From positions 4,950,722 to 5,014,721 of the forward strand of contig OZ037766.1 in NCBI GenBank assembly GCA_964035545.1: 64,000 nt of DNA. Direction: 5' to 3'. This DNA is from Bugula neritina. Taxonomy: Eukaryota; Animalia; Bryozoa. A program made the translations under genes and the position numbers. How positions within the stretch are numbered: position 1 is the first letter of the stretch; each line of letters begins with the position of its first letter. Below the pieces are notes generated by a model that saw only the letters and a program-made list of their open reading frames with translations, was not told the origin of the DNA and did not search any database. Below are positions 40,549 to 55,000 of the stretch, piece after piece.

Positions 40549-42965
40549 TCATTGAAAGGTACTAAATTTCAGCTATATTCATAACAATAATTTAAGTTGT
40601 ATACTGTTTTTATGCAATTTATTTAACATTAAATTGCTTTAGCTTGAGCTGGTACATAGAATGATGATAGTGTTAGAGTTGCTAACATTTTCTTTATGCA
40701 TTTATTTGCAACTTTCTTGAAAAAACTTTTGTTTTTTTTATTGTTTATATAATTACTGGTTGCGTGTGTGAGCCAATGTGTTGTTGCAGAAACTACAAAT
40801 AGGGAGGGCAGTTTTTAAACCTGATGTAAGATTCACTCACTCTCAGCACACAAAGCTAAATTTATTTGGTATATTTCTATACAACAGATTTCACTGCTGT
40901 ATTCTACCAGAAGCAGGCTACTGCACGTCTGTAGAGCTCATGCTGGTTCAGTTGATCTCCTTGAGACATCAGAGGGCAAGATAGAGCCGTATGGTTCCAG
41001 GACTGATGGAGTGATAGGTGATTATATTCACACTCACTACATACATGTTACATCATAAGGCTATTATACAGCGATTATACTCATGTTTTCCATAAATGTA
41101 CTCTTTATTGATGTAGTGTACATAAATGTACGTATCCCTTTATTGTTTCAATAATCGTCTTCTCAACTTATAGATGTGCCAGCTTAGAATGCAGGAATGT
41201 TTGAAAATTAACAGACTGAGTCATAAAAATATATCATCTCATTGTAGTGTATTATACAGTATAAATATACCATATCATTGTAGTGTATTACACAGTATAA
41301 ATATGTCATATCATTGTAGTGTATTACACAGTATAAATATATCATATCATTGTAGTGTATTACACAGTATAAATATACCATCTCATTGTAGTGTATTACA
41401 CAGTATAAATATACCATATCATTGTAGTGTATTACACAGTATAAATATACCATCTCATTGTAGTGTATTATGCAGTATAAATATATCATCTCATTGTAGT
41501 GTATTACACAGTATAAATATATCATATCATTGTAGTGTATTACACAGTATAAATATACCATCTCATTGTAGTGTATTACACAGTATAAATATACCATATC
41601 ATTGTAGTGTATTACACAGTATAAATATACCATCTCATTGTAGTGTATTATGCAGTATAAATATACCATCTCATTGTAGTGTATTATACAGTATAAATAT
41701 ACCATCTCATTGTAGTGTATTATACAGTATAAATATACCATATCATTATAGTGTATTATACAGTATAAATATACCATCTCATTGTAGTGTATTATACAGT
41801 ATAAATATACCATCTCATTATAGTGTATTATACAGTATAAATATACCATCTCATTGTAGTGTATTACACAGTATAAATATATCATCTCATTGTAGTGTAT
41901 TATACAGTATAAATATATCATCTCATTGTAGTGTATTACACAGTATAAATATATCATCTCATTGTAGTGTATTACACAGTATAAATATACCATCTCATTG
42001 TAGTCATGTAGTGTATTACACAGTATAAATATACCATCTCATTGTAGTGTATTACACAGTATAAATATATCATCTCATTTCCAGGCTCTGCTGACAGGCT
42101 GCTGTCGTGTTCCAAAGATTTTAAGATCAAAGTCTGGGGTTTAGTATTTGATGAGAATGATGAGTATGTCTTTAGTCTGGTTTGTCTGAAGCTGGTACGT
42201 TGCCTTCTTTATTCTTGAAGTATAGTTTATATATATATATAATAGCTTGTATATGATTTGATTATAACAATCTAGCTCAAGAGTTTCTTTTACGAAATTA
42301 TATTATAAAAGACTTGTTTTAAGTTGAACCCTTTTTAAATTTTGATATGCTTTTGATAATTTTTTTTTTGGTTTTTTAGCTAGACCAAAACACAATAACT
42401 TAAAAAGCTCAACACAAACAATCTTGGTTTCATTTTTAAAAATTTTGAAACTTTCACATGTAGCTTGAATGTGAATATCTGTGGATGAATAAATTCTATC
42501 CGTTTATTCAAAATTATCTCATAATGATTTTGTTGTATGAAATTTGTTGTTGGAAGCTTAGCAATACTTGTGGGAGAGTTCATACTGTCTCAGTTTGTTA
42601 GCAATAAACGTACTGTCCATAGGTTGACAGCAGCAACATGGGTGTACCAGTGAAACTCTGTATGCTGGGAAATACTCTAGCTGTAGCCTGGCCAACCAAA
42701 AACAAGTTAGTATCACTTTTTTTTTAAAGAAATCATAATTTTTCGTCTTATTCAGTCAGTAAATTGCTTGAAATTTTTTGCATGAAAATTTGAAAGGAGA
42801 ACAAAAAATGACTGGCGTAATTGTAGTGATATGGAAAAACTGTCAATTAATCACTTTTGTCGTAAATTGTTTCAAGAATATTTTTTATACAAAAAGGTAC
42901 TATGAAATCACACAGTAAAATGTAATTCATTGATAATATATTTAAAATAGTAGAACATAATGTGC

Positions 42966-43025
<60 letters not shown>

Positions 43026-46000
43026 ATGCTAAATTGAAACATTTTCTATGTATAATAGTACTATAATATTGTGCATATACTACAAGATAAGCTTCTGCTA
43101 TACTTGCAGGGTGTCTAAGTTGATAATGTACTGCCTAAATGATGAAGTCTCTCCGAACCTTGCTGCCAGGCGAAGGTCAATCGTTGGAGCTGTCAGCAAA
43201 GGTACATGATTAAGATTATATTTATGGTTTGAAAAAGTGCTCCTGTTCTGTCATTACTTCAACTATAGGCCTTTTTCCCCTTTGTTATAAACTGCTAAAT
43301 CTTCTGCAGTATATAATTTTATTTAATTTATATAATAGGCAACCAAAATGTTCAGCGAATATTGCAAGTATATGAATTTCAGCCATTGTATAACAGATAT
43401 TGTCTGCATTATATTCAACTACCTGCCTTATAGTGATAAAAACCCATTACATCTCCTATGATAGTTTGCTATTTCAATCTTCTCTTTCCTCACATTATAT
43501 TTAATGTTTATTGTGTTGCAGGCATTGTGGAACAATCACATGACACTAGCTTTGATCACACCAAAGGAATTAATGGCCTAGCTTGCCATCCTTATCACAA
43601 TATATTTGCAACAACCAGTGCTGATGGTTTCCTTAAGGTCTGGCCACGATGTTAACAGTTAAATTTTCAAAAAGAAAAAATCTTTGATTCGATTTTTGTT
43701 ACAGTTATATTTTGCACTTGGGAATAATACACTGCACAAGGATGTTTTCAATTTACCGTTTAATGCTGTTTTTTTGGTATTTACTAGCAAATTTTTATTT
43801 TGAAGCAAAAATTTTATTTTTTGTCACATAAGTTGTATGCAAGTTCATAATATAAGAGCTACTAAAACTTTATAATGCTTTATCAAATGCTATTTCTGTT
43901 TTGTTGACATGAAGTTCACCAAATCTGTTATTTGTTCTACAATTGAATACACATACCACAAATAGCTGAACATTATGTAGATATGGAATAGAGAGAATAT
44001 ACTGATCAGAGAGCTGGTGTTTGACAACTCCCTATCATGCTGTTGTTTTGCTGACACAAAGGGTACCATACTGATCGGCTACAAGGGTCACATCAACTAC
44101 GTGTCTGTAGAGAGCTACCTACCTGCAGAGGTGCTGAGGAATATTTTGCTGCAAGATTTTCAGGTCAGTTGCTACTGGATGTAGATCGAGTTGTGATGAG
44201 ATTTCACCATTCCCTAGTAATTTGAATAAAAAAGCATCTATTTTTTTAAAATATGGTTATTCGATACAGCATCTTATTTTAATTCTCATGTAACCTCTTT
44301 CACATTAGTTTATATTTGTTACGCAGTTTATTGTGTGACGTTCTATATTGCTACAATCTGATGATTATTGGCTGTTATTCTTCACTGCTTGTTACACATT
44401 AGGACGAAGAAGACGAAATTCCTATACCCTACCAGTCCTCTATGCAGGAACCAGATTTCCAAACTCTGGCCAGAGAACCTGCTGTAAACAATCCTCGGCG
44501 TAACGCTAGAGTGCTCAAGGATACTGACAAGTCAGGTATGCAAGTATCTTACAAGAAACTCTGTTCATCAGCATATTTCTGCTGTTTTATAAGTTGTTGA
44601 CTTTTCTTTATTTTAAACATAACAACTCACAATCTACACCCTGCAATATTTTTCACTTTGTTTCAGAAAATAACACGTCTGTTATGAACAAACTGATTGT
44701 CTTGATAATCAAGCTTTAAAAGTTTAACATTTTTTACCTTGTTAATGAAAGTTGAAAAAATTTATGCTTTTATATTTTGAAAATAATGTTTTCTATTGCT
44801 TAACCTACTCAATGTGCTCAAAAATCTAGGATGGATTTCATTTCAATGGAAGATCAACTATCGGTTTAACAGTACATACACTATTGGTAAACCATTTTCC
44901 ATTATAATATATTACTTCTAACCAGAGCTCTGCCTTCTAACCTGTTGTCTATTTTGTAGCTTTAACACTTCTAACGCTTGTTAACTACTTACATGTTTAT
45001 TATTATTGTGTTATTTACATGTTGTGTTACCGTATTTCCTCTGTATTGAAATTTGCTCTATTTTTAGTTATGTACTACTTTGTCGATCTGTGCTATGCTT
45101 TATTTTTTTTACATTTCTATTTGTGTTTACTATGTTAATGTTGAGATCTGCAAAAAATTGTTATAGTGAGGCTCTTCTGAATCTGAACCTCACACCAGTA
45201 GATAATCATAATCCCGTTTATATATTGGCATGATGTTGTTATTTGCACACTGTGTAGTGTGTGATGTAGCCTATATATATGCTGTAATGTTGTGTGCATT
45301 GTACATGCATGCTGTAGCGTGTATCGTATAGACTGTGTAGTGTGTACTGTATGTGCTGTAGTGTGTACTGCATACACTGTGATGTGTATTACATTCACTG
45401 TATGTTACACGCAGCATTACGTTATAGATGAGGTCCCCAGGAAAGAGGAGACTCTAGAAATAGAAGAGGTAGAACCAGAGAGATCATCAACAAGTAGCAG
45501 CGCTGCCTGGAGGAAGTTGGGAGCCAGCAATAGGATGGTCAACATACTGAACTCGGTGAAAAAGGCAGCTCGTGATAGCTCATCTGTGGATGCAGATGGT
45601 GTGTATCTTCACATTATATTGTTCAAATGTGTTTATTTTTTATCTGCCATTACCACAAGAGTTACCTGATCATTATATTACACTGAAAGTTGATGTAACA
45701 GTAGAAGTTTAATATAACAGCTGACTAATTCTAGGTTATCATCATTTTATTTCTTTATAACTCTTCGTAAGCACATCCGGTCATAAAAATATAGACATTT
45801 TAATAAAAGTATAAATTCAGTAAACTGGCACTACTAGACTTTTTTAATTAATATAAAATATTTCCGCATTAAAATTAAGTCGTGTGGGTAGACAACTTCA
45901 AAAAGCTATAAGATCATCTCCTGCTGTATCTCTTACTACTAAAGATGTAATTACTTTGAGTTGTGTCTATGTGTACTAATAGCTGCGAAATCCTCTCCAC

Positions 46001-49000
46001 AAGTTAAACGACGGGCTATAGATACTTCTGGAAGGTATGAAACCCTAGACAGGAAGTCAACTGGACCAAGATCTAAGGCTCAGTTTGAGATGCAAGTGAA
46101 AAAGAAGCAGAAGGAGAAGCATGAAGCTGTGCTAGAGGAGAAGAAGAGAAGGTAATAGTTATGATGCTACCGTGATAGCTGTGTGAACCTCGTCAACTGT
46201 GTTAGATAGCTGTCTGGTTGTCTTTTAGCTACTCATTCACTGTTGCTGCCAATGAGATTTAGGTGTACAACTTAGTTATTCCTAAATATTATAACTGCCA
46301 TGCAACAGATAAGCTCTGCATGACTATGAAATTTTGTTCAAAATAAATTCTAGAATCTTGGCAAGGATCTACTTATTATATAATTGAGTCTAATTTCAGC
46401 AACCAACCGATCTCTGACTATTAGGTTAGGTTAGGTACTAGTAACAACTGTCTGCAATATATTGCCGAACTTGTCAGCTTATTTACATTATTTCTCTAAG
46501 TTGTAGGTCAGTAGGAAAATTCCAATCGACTACGTATGGATGTGTTACAAATATATAAAGAGCTAAATTGAATTTCAGGGTGTATTACTCCATTAGACAG
46601 CTAGTTTTGTGGAAGTGGGTGTGGCAATAGACTGTATCTAGTTGAAGACAGTAACAACAAGATGACGTACACACAACACCAACTATGTGTACATACGTAT
46701 GTTTTTGTAGGTTGGAGGTAGCAAGGCAGCTGGAAAATGAGCGCAAAAATCGTAGCAACTGGATTCCTATTGCCCCTGATGGCTATATTCCTAACTCTGT
46801 CATTAGAAACCTGTTAGGGGACCTGTGCAGTGGCTCCAAACCAGGGGCAGAATCACAACTAGCATTCTTTGACATAGCAATGCTGATTGCCAAGGTAGGT
46901 TATCAAACTTTATTAGCAAAGCAATAACTCCAACTTTTAATTAATTTGTCAACAGCTGAAGCCTAGTCTAGCAAATAACACAGTAAAACTTCTACTATGT
47001 CTACACTTTCTTAGGATGTAGTGATTTTGACTAGAAATAAACTAATCATTAGGCGTACCCTTCTACACTGTGTGCGCAACATTGTTATTCAGATGTATTG
47101 CATACATAAGAGCAAGTCATAATACTTGCTAGTAAAATACTTCAACAGGATAGGCAGTTATGGCGCGCCTTTCTCCATGAAACACCAATGACTATTCTCC
47201 TTGAAAACATGGCCAATTCTGCTGCTCCAGACGTCTTCTCGTCTCTTTTATATGATATTTATAGAGGAAACTGGATGGAGTCTGTTATACATCAGTATTG
47301 CACTCACCAAGATATGAGAATAAACTCGCATGTCCTGAAACTAATGTTAGCTTTGTTAAAAAAATACGTAAGAGCACAGCATACATACCAGTTACAATGA
47401 TTAAATACTAATCGGAATATTACATTATTTGGCGAATACTTATAATACCACACTTTACCATTGCATATTGCATCAAAAACATTAATACAATATTATTTGA
47501 TTGGAACATGCATGTAATTAATAGATTTCAACACAGCTTTTAAGTAAAATTTGGCTTCACAAATTTAAACAGAAGTATAAAATACAAATAGTTGAGTGAA
47601 ATGCAGCGCATTGTTGTTGTAACACACAGGAATACATACCAAATGATCTGGATGAACATTTATTAAAACAATCGGTTTACCAACAGAAATCTCGACGTTT
47701 GCTTAATAAAACCCGCAAGCAAACAGATTGGAATGTATGTAAAGCTCACCTCATTGGTTGGCTACCCTAATAGGGCATATTATCAGTTTGCTCAGCTCTG
47801 CCCCAAACCCTGCTAGGCATGCCCAGCTGTCATCTGTCTTACACACATGGCTTATGAGAGAGTATTGTGGAAATAGACACTATAAATGGTTGTCTACACT
47901 CCAATTGTTTTACCATTATTGTCATACAACTTGCTAATAATTTGGGAATCTGGAATCAATTGTTCTGTGACAAGTAATATGTAAGACATAAAGTACTAGA
48001 TCTTAGTCTGCTCCGTCCTAGCTTTATCAAGTTAATGGTTAATTTGTGTTAAAATTGTTCGATATGTATTTGATATCAGTTTAGAGCTCATGTGCTAATG
48101 CTATTTTATAATCAACAGTTTTACTTGCTGCATGCTTTCTTTGGTTTCCAAGACTAATTTTATTCTAAAGTTTTACCAGACAATTGACTGCTGCCTAATA
48201 ATGTTTACAATGCATTTACTACAAGTACACACTGGGTAAAATATCTCAGTAACAAATAATCTCAACATTGGAGCTGGAAATTTTCTGCATATTGTGATCT
48301 AATCTTATTTAAGGGAGTTGGGAAACTATGCGTAATAACACCTCTATTGTTAGAACTTACTAACTGAAGAAAATTTTCTAGGCTGCATTTAGATTAACAT
48401 TTCTATGTTATCCGCTGCAGTTAAATTTTCTACAAACCAGGAGTTGTACTGATCGCAGGCGAATCTTGAAAACAACGTCCAACCTCTGTACTCAGCAATT
48501 CGTTACCTGCATTTGTTGAAACTTTTTATCCTGCTTTAAAAATTGACATTGTTTTGTATTGCAGCTGCCTGGACTCAAAGGTGCGGAGAAGTCAGTTAAC
48601 GATTATTTGGTGAGTACCACGTGCCTACTAGCAGTTGGAGATCTGGTGATACGTACACTTAATTAGCTGTATAAGTATCCTACATTTTGATTTGTTTGTG
48701 ATGGTAAGAGCATGGGTAGCTTCCTCACTCCTGTTGTACTTGTGTTTGTTTTCCTTTAGCCGCTAGTCACTCTGTTTAGGTTGACAAAGTTATTCCTGAT
48801 AGAAAGTTGGCTAAGAAACAGGTTAGATCTAAGCAGTCAGCCACATGGCAAAATACGCCAAAAAAGACAGCAGTTCCTAGTTTAATAGCTGATGATGCGA
48901 GTCAGGTTGGTTGGTGTTGTATTCTCGGCTTGACCTCTCCAGAATTTGAGCTGTTCTATGTTGTTTAACATTGGTGTGTGATATAGAGGTTCTTGTTGAG

Positions 49001-52000
49001 TTCAATAGATCAGTCATATTGAGAATGTTTCCTTCACAGATGTTGATGCAGGCTTTAAAGTGGTGCTGCGGCCATATCAATGCACCCATTGCAGAAGTTT
49101 CTCATTTCTATATGAGAAAAGATGAAGTTATAGATTTGGATCCTCCACCCGTCACCCTACCTCCTGTTGTGAAGCCAGTTCTAGTTAAGAGAGCTGAAGG
49201 TGATGAGTGATTGTCTGCTGAGAATTATTTGTTGGCTTTGTGTTTCCGCTTGAAAATGTTGCTGACTACACTCTTATCAGCAGCTGGTTTCTAGCCGAGT
49301 GTGAAAGTTGATTTGGGAGTTATCAGTTCAATCTAATAGCTAAATTATGATTTTTCTGCTCCTGCTGAATTTAGTTTTATTGTTTTTATTATATTATATT
49401 TTGATGTTATATATTTATATATTATATATATTTAGATATATTCATTGCATGCTGATTCAGGCTCTCCATTTTGTGTTTCACACTCTTTTGCCAGGTTCGT
49501 AAACATCAAAAAGCTGAAGGCTTACTGTCTAAGCCCTACCTGTCAGTTAGATCTAGCACTAGGTTTTTTGACTTTGTTCGGTATTTGATTCATGACTGGA
49601 GGATGGATCGCCTCACTCAGATTTACTCTCTACTTCTGTCTTTGCCGTCCTCTCGTCTCACCACTCGTTCCATACTCTCCTACGAGTCTCTGAATCTCTC
49701 AATATCCAGTGAAGTAAGAGGACTGACTCCTCTCTCAATGTCTTTCAGTTTCATGTTCCATTCTTCTATTACTTTGTTGTTTCAACTTGAATTTGTTCCC
49801 CAAATTTCTCATAATATATTCTACAGTCTCATTGTGAGTAGAAAATAAAGTCACAATATTTGCATTTGTAATAATTATACACGTTGATCAGCACCATGAG
49901 AATGGTAGCAACAGCTCAATGGTGCAGTGTTGTGTTTTGTTCATAGTATAAAACCTTTTTAGAATGTTCTAAGTTACATGATGCTTTGTTGAAATGCTCT
50001 TATATTAAAGTGTGTATATAGATGTTTCCTGTTCTTTTATTGTTATTTATTCCATAACTATCAACTTCATTACAGATGTCATTATATATACCTTCATTGT
50101 AGTTTTTTTCTGTTTATCATCATAGTTTTACTAGGTTTACATGTTTTATAATTGATTTGGGGTTATGTAAAGTAATTATATAGTCAAGTGAAACTCTTTC
50201 TGCGCTAGTTCATCTGTTAATTTTCTGCAGTTTTGTCACAGATGGTGGCACTGTGATGCTGATCATAGTATGCCTCATACTCCCTAGTGTTGAATGGAAA
50301 TTTAGCAAATGCAAACAATTTTCCAGTTAGTATAACATGTGAAAACAACTCCTGACTTTATTTCAGTTTTAATAATCTCCTCTATTCTCAGCTTCTATAT
50401 TTCATAGAATTCATACATCGATTTTGTCACTCAGTCAGCTGGTCATCTCGGAGACTCAGTAGATTTCTCAGTGCTTCCTTCTAAAACTTCTCTTCTTTTC
50501 CCACGTAATTATTAAACTTTATTTTTCTTCGTTTTAATTTCTAAAATAATTTATGAAATGTATTTTAGAGCAAGAACTATTAACATTATAGAAGTAAAAT
50601 TTTGTTTTCTAAGCTCCATACCACGAAACATACTTTTTGATATGTGTTCTATATTATTTCTTTCAGCATCAGTCATGCATTTATGTTTGTAATGTTGCTG
50701 TTTCCCCGGTTGTTCAATTTAACTGTGGTTTTCTAAGCTAACAAGAAACTTTTTGCCAACATAATTTTTTTTCTGTTTTTGTGTGCATCAACAGGTTTTT
50801 AGACTCTTTTCTGTTTTATAAGAAATTGTTATCAGGACAGATTGGTATTTGTAGACCCTCCAGATAAAAAGAGGCAAGGTATAGAGTTGCTGAAAAGAAT
50901 GTCAAAGGAGCCGTGGTGGAACAAATCTGCCAACTTGACAGTGGTGGATGCCCTTCAGCAAATCACTAGCCTCTTACCTAGGGCTGTGGGTCAACTTCAT
51001 AGCACTTTACTCTCGTACCTAGCAGACATCAATGGGTAAGTTGAGATTGACTAAATGTATGTGTGACGCAGAACAATAATTAAACTATAATAACTCCCTG
51101 CACAGTTTTGGCTGAATCACAGTTTGTATAGTTCGTTTTAAGTTAAATCTCTTATTTTAAAAATTTCTGTTAATTTAATTTGTTTTGCTTGTGAGAGTTG
51201 TGTACTCCTGTTATTTTAGATTGTTTGGTATTCCTGACTTAGTACAATCCTCCTTGGCTAATGGACTACTCAGGAACATGAATAACCAGAAAGGGAACGA
51301 AGCAGCTGTGTTAGCTACGCTTGGTTGTATTGGTAATATGGAGCTTAAAATGTCCAAGATCATCACAGAGTTGGACAGGCTTGTTAAAGTAGATTCCAGG
51401 GTGAGTTTGAGTCACAAACTTTTTTCAAAAACTCTTTTTCTCAAAACTTTATAAGACTATCTGGTATCTCTTAATCATTGTTGATTTTGCATTCCCTTCC
51501 TTCAGATATATTTTGTGTTGCAAATTTGTAGTTGATATATGTTGACACTTATATTGTATTGGGATGAAACTAGAATTTGAATATTTAGAATTTTATAAAT
51601 AAAATGTAACTGATATAATTGAATATATTCATAACCTACCATATTTGTACTCATATAGAAATCAGTTGTGGACAAGGCCAAGGAGCTGTTGAAAAAGTTC
51701 ACTGAAGGAAAAAAAGACTCGATAGATACAGAGCAACTGCAGGAGTTGTCCCACCCGGATGTAAGCTTTAACTTACTATTTTATAGCTCTGAATATAATT
51801 ATTGTATGTTGCATTTAGAATAATTTAGATGTTCCCAAAAGTCATAGCTAAAAGTTAATGCAGTGTTGTGGTTTGTGCGAGTTCAAGTTATATTGTCCAT
51901 TATAATGAATATAGCAAATATGACATGTATAGTAAATATAGCAAATATAATATATCTAGTATATATAGTATATATAGCAAATATGACATGTATAGTATAT

Positions 52001-55000
52001 ATATAGCAAATATGACATATATGGTATATATAGTATATATAGCACATAAACCATATTATAAACTATTGTCTAAACTCCAGTCTAGTATTTAATACTATAT
52101 AATTATAGAATAGCATAAAATGTTAGTATAATACACCATTGTTGTACAAAATAGTAGGCCATAGTGTATTATAGTGTGACACATATATAGTATAGTGTAG
52201 TAATATATTGCATTATAGTGTATTAAGTGCATAGCTTTATAAAATAATGAAGTATAGTGTAGCAATGTAGTATTGAATGATATAATGTGATGTGGTGCTG
52301 TTGTATAACATGCCACATCTCATAACCAAGACCTAACAAACAGTTCAATATTTGAAATTGAACTTTTTTTAAGGAAGGGAAGCGCAAAGGTTTATTTAAG
52401 AAAGTAGTGACAAGGCAAAGAATCATTCAGAAATTTACAAATATTCAGAGACATAGGTGATTCTCATCAGTTGGAATGTTAATTCTTACGTTGCAATTTT
52501 TTCCATTTGAACAGACATTTTGCAGTTACTTGTGTTCTGTGTTTAGAGTGGTAATAAGAGATATACTAACGGACATTTTGGGGTACATAATTTACTTTAG
52601 TTAAATTTGGTGTAAGCTGCTGTATGCATTGCAATATCATAATGAATATATAAGCTGTACTCCTGTGAACAGCTTTGTTTCTTTTACTATTATATAATGT
52701 TATGTTGTTGATTTGTTCGCATTTATTCCCACGTAACCTGATAAACTTACTGTGTTTTTCAACATAATTTTGCAGCATTGTAATTCCTAAAGACATCACA
52801 TTCGAGGTGACGATTTAATCAATGAAATACTGAACTCAATCATTAACTGTGTTTAAATTACTTTGCTGTTCCTGTTTCAACTAACACTGCCACTTTTTGC
52901 ATTTTCAAATTTAAGTGGTGAAATCTTTCCCAAATTAAATTTATATTAGTGTAAGACACTAACTAAAACACTGCGTGCGTGCGTGTGTGTGTGATAAGAA
53001 TTAAGTGCAAGGGTAAATAAACATCAGATCAGGATTTTTTACTTTTTGGTAATTATTATTAATTACCTTTCTTTTTAAATTAAAATATTTGCTAATGTGT
53101 GTCAGGTGTAACAGCTAGTCAGTGTTGCTCCAAGCAACTGTCTAGTGTATGATTATTATAGAAATTCCATCGAATTTATTATCAACAGGTACGGGCAACT
53201 CCATCTCATACAGTTGTCACATCTCTCACTGCTGATTGGTCGAGTGCCGGTAGTGATGCAGATGTTGAATCAGATGGTTCATCTTCGGTGTCGCCAATGA
53301 GTGGTGTTCTCCCAGCTGCTCGAAGCTCAGGTGTGTTGTGACTCCATGAATGTTTACCATGTACTTGTAGGTTGCTAGATATGGTAAGTCAACAATGCAG
53401 TTGTTTTTTGTATAAACATTTACTTCTTTATCTAGTAGGATCTGAGTTACTCTCCAGTTTTCTATTATAAGAGTTGAATGAAATTCAAGAACTTTAGGAT
53501 TTGAATTTATAGAATAGTAATCAACCATGTGCTTCGAACCTGTATAAAATTACATAGCAGTTTTTGTTGCTTTAAATTTTCTGTAATAATTGCTTGTATG
53601 CTTTACACTGCTTAATATATGTTACATTAATTATAATTTTGTCTTCATAGTAATTGTTTTAATATATTATTTAAGCTCTTTATTATTTGTTGCGTTAGCC
53701 ATTGGTTTGGGTAATGCAGCAAACCAGCCTATTCTTGACAGCTCTTATAATATTCCTGAGGAGTTGGAGGTTCCGTCTATGTCGGTTCTTGATTATAGGT
53801 CAGTTGTGATAACTTTATGCTAATTCTTACTCAACAAATGCTCTCCCATCTCTTATACGCTGATTATCTGGTATGAATTTATAAAAAGGATTAAGTTGAT
53901 TTGCTATTTTTTGAAAAAAAAGCTGGAGATATATAGATTCGGTTTCAAATATATAAACACAGTTTTTGTATTTATATCATCGCGACTTGTAGTCCATCAA
54001 TGAATAATGTACATGAGATCGAAAATCTACCTTCTGCTGAGCCTCTTTCTGGTGTTCTTTTGGAATCTACAGGAAATGCCTCAACTGATCAGGCACTATT
54101 GCATTTGTTTTCTACTATTTAATTGGCAATTTTTGCCAGTTGACTTTCAGTGTTCTGTGTTTGTTATTCATCGTTGTACTGTTGTTTCCCTGTTCTCAAT
54201 TTTGTTCTCAGATTTCTTTTCTGCCTCCGCAACATTTAACAGACAATATATTGCCTTATTAGACATTAGCGCTAAGTGGAGGGGTAATAATCAACGGACA
54301 TGGAGAACCAATGACCTCCAACAATCTTCCTGTCTCTTCAAGCAATGAGCTCTATTATGTAAACAGTAGTCTGTTGTTAAACTATGAACAAGATAAGACA
54401 ACCCCATTTTATATTGGAAACAATTCTTCATCCAGCTTGTCACTAAGTAGTCTGACATACTCGGGGGACGACTCCACTTGTTCATTGTCCTCTCATGCTC
54501 TCCACCAGCATAAAATGGCTGAGGAACTTGTATCAGATATTCGGATTGCCATCAAAGAGGTCCAAGAGCAACAAGCCAGTCTTGGTTAGTCGGCATATGG
54601 CTATATGAAGTCTCTTCTCCCCATTAAGTAAACCAATCACTACGCTTGTTCTTATTTTTATGTGTATTTATCATTTTAGTAATTATTATTAGTCACATGC
54701 TTTCCTTGTCATATTGTCTGCTATCTTGCCTGCTTTTTGCTTAGCTTTGATCACTTGCACTACTTAAACAAACTAAAATATATCACATAGTAGCATCAGT
54801 CAAGAATGGGTTGTGCTTTGTTTTGATGTAAATACTATACTGATAATGACTACTATATATTACTGCTAGGTATGGTTGCTCGGGTCGAGTCTCTCGAAAC
54901 AAGAGAATCTATCTACTCTACTGTAAGTACTTGAGTATCCTTTTGTAATATGCAGTATGATCTGTAATTAGCATAATGCTGCTTGCAAAATTTGTGCAGT

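Noticed and set aside
41174-42028. 284-aa and 261-aa repeat ORFs on both strands; possible CRISPR-like array
   Set aside because: By-product of a 36-bp (multiple of 3) minisatellite inside an intron; no unique spacers and no cas genes.
45240-45410. Cys/Val-rich ORF start
   Set aside because: Degenerate TGTAGTG low-complexity intron; only the downstream part (~45415-45598) looks exonic.
53371-53383. Apparent 13-nt microexon (tag|GTTGCTAGATATG|gtaagt)
   Set aside because: The upstream intron would be only ~39-40 nt and inclusion gives an immediate stop; the flanking exons join in frame without it. A poison exon cannot be excluded.
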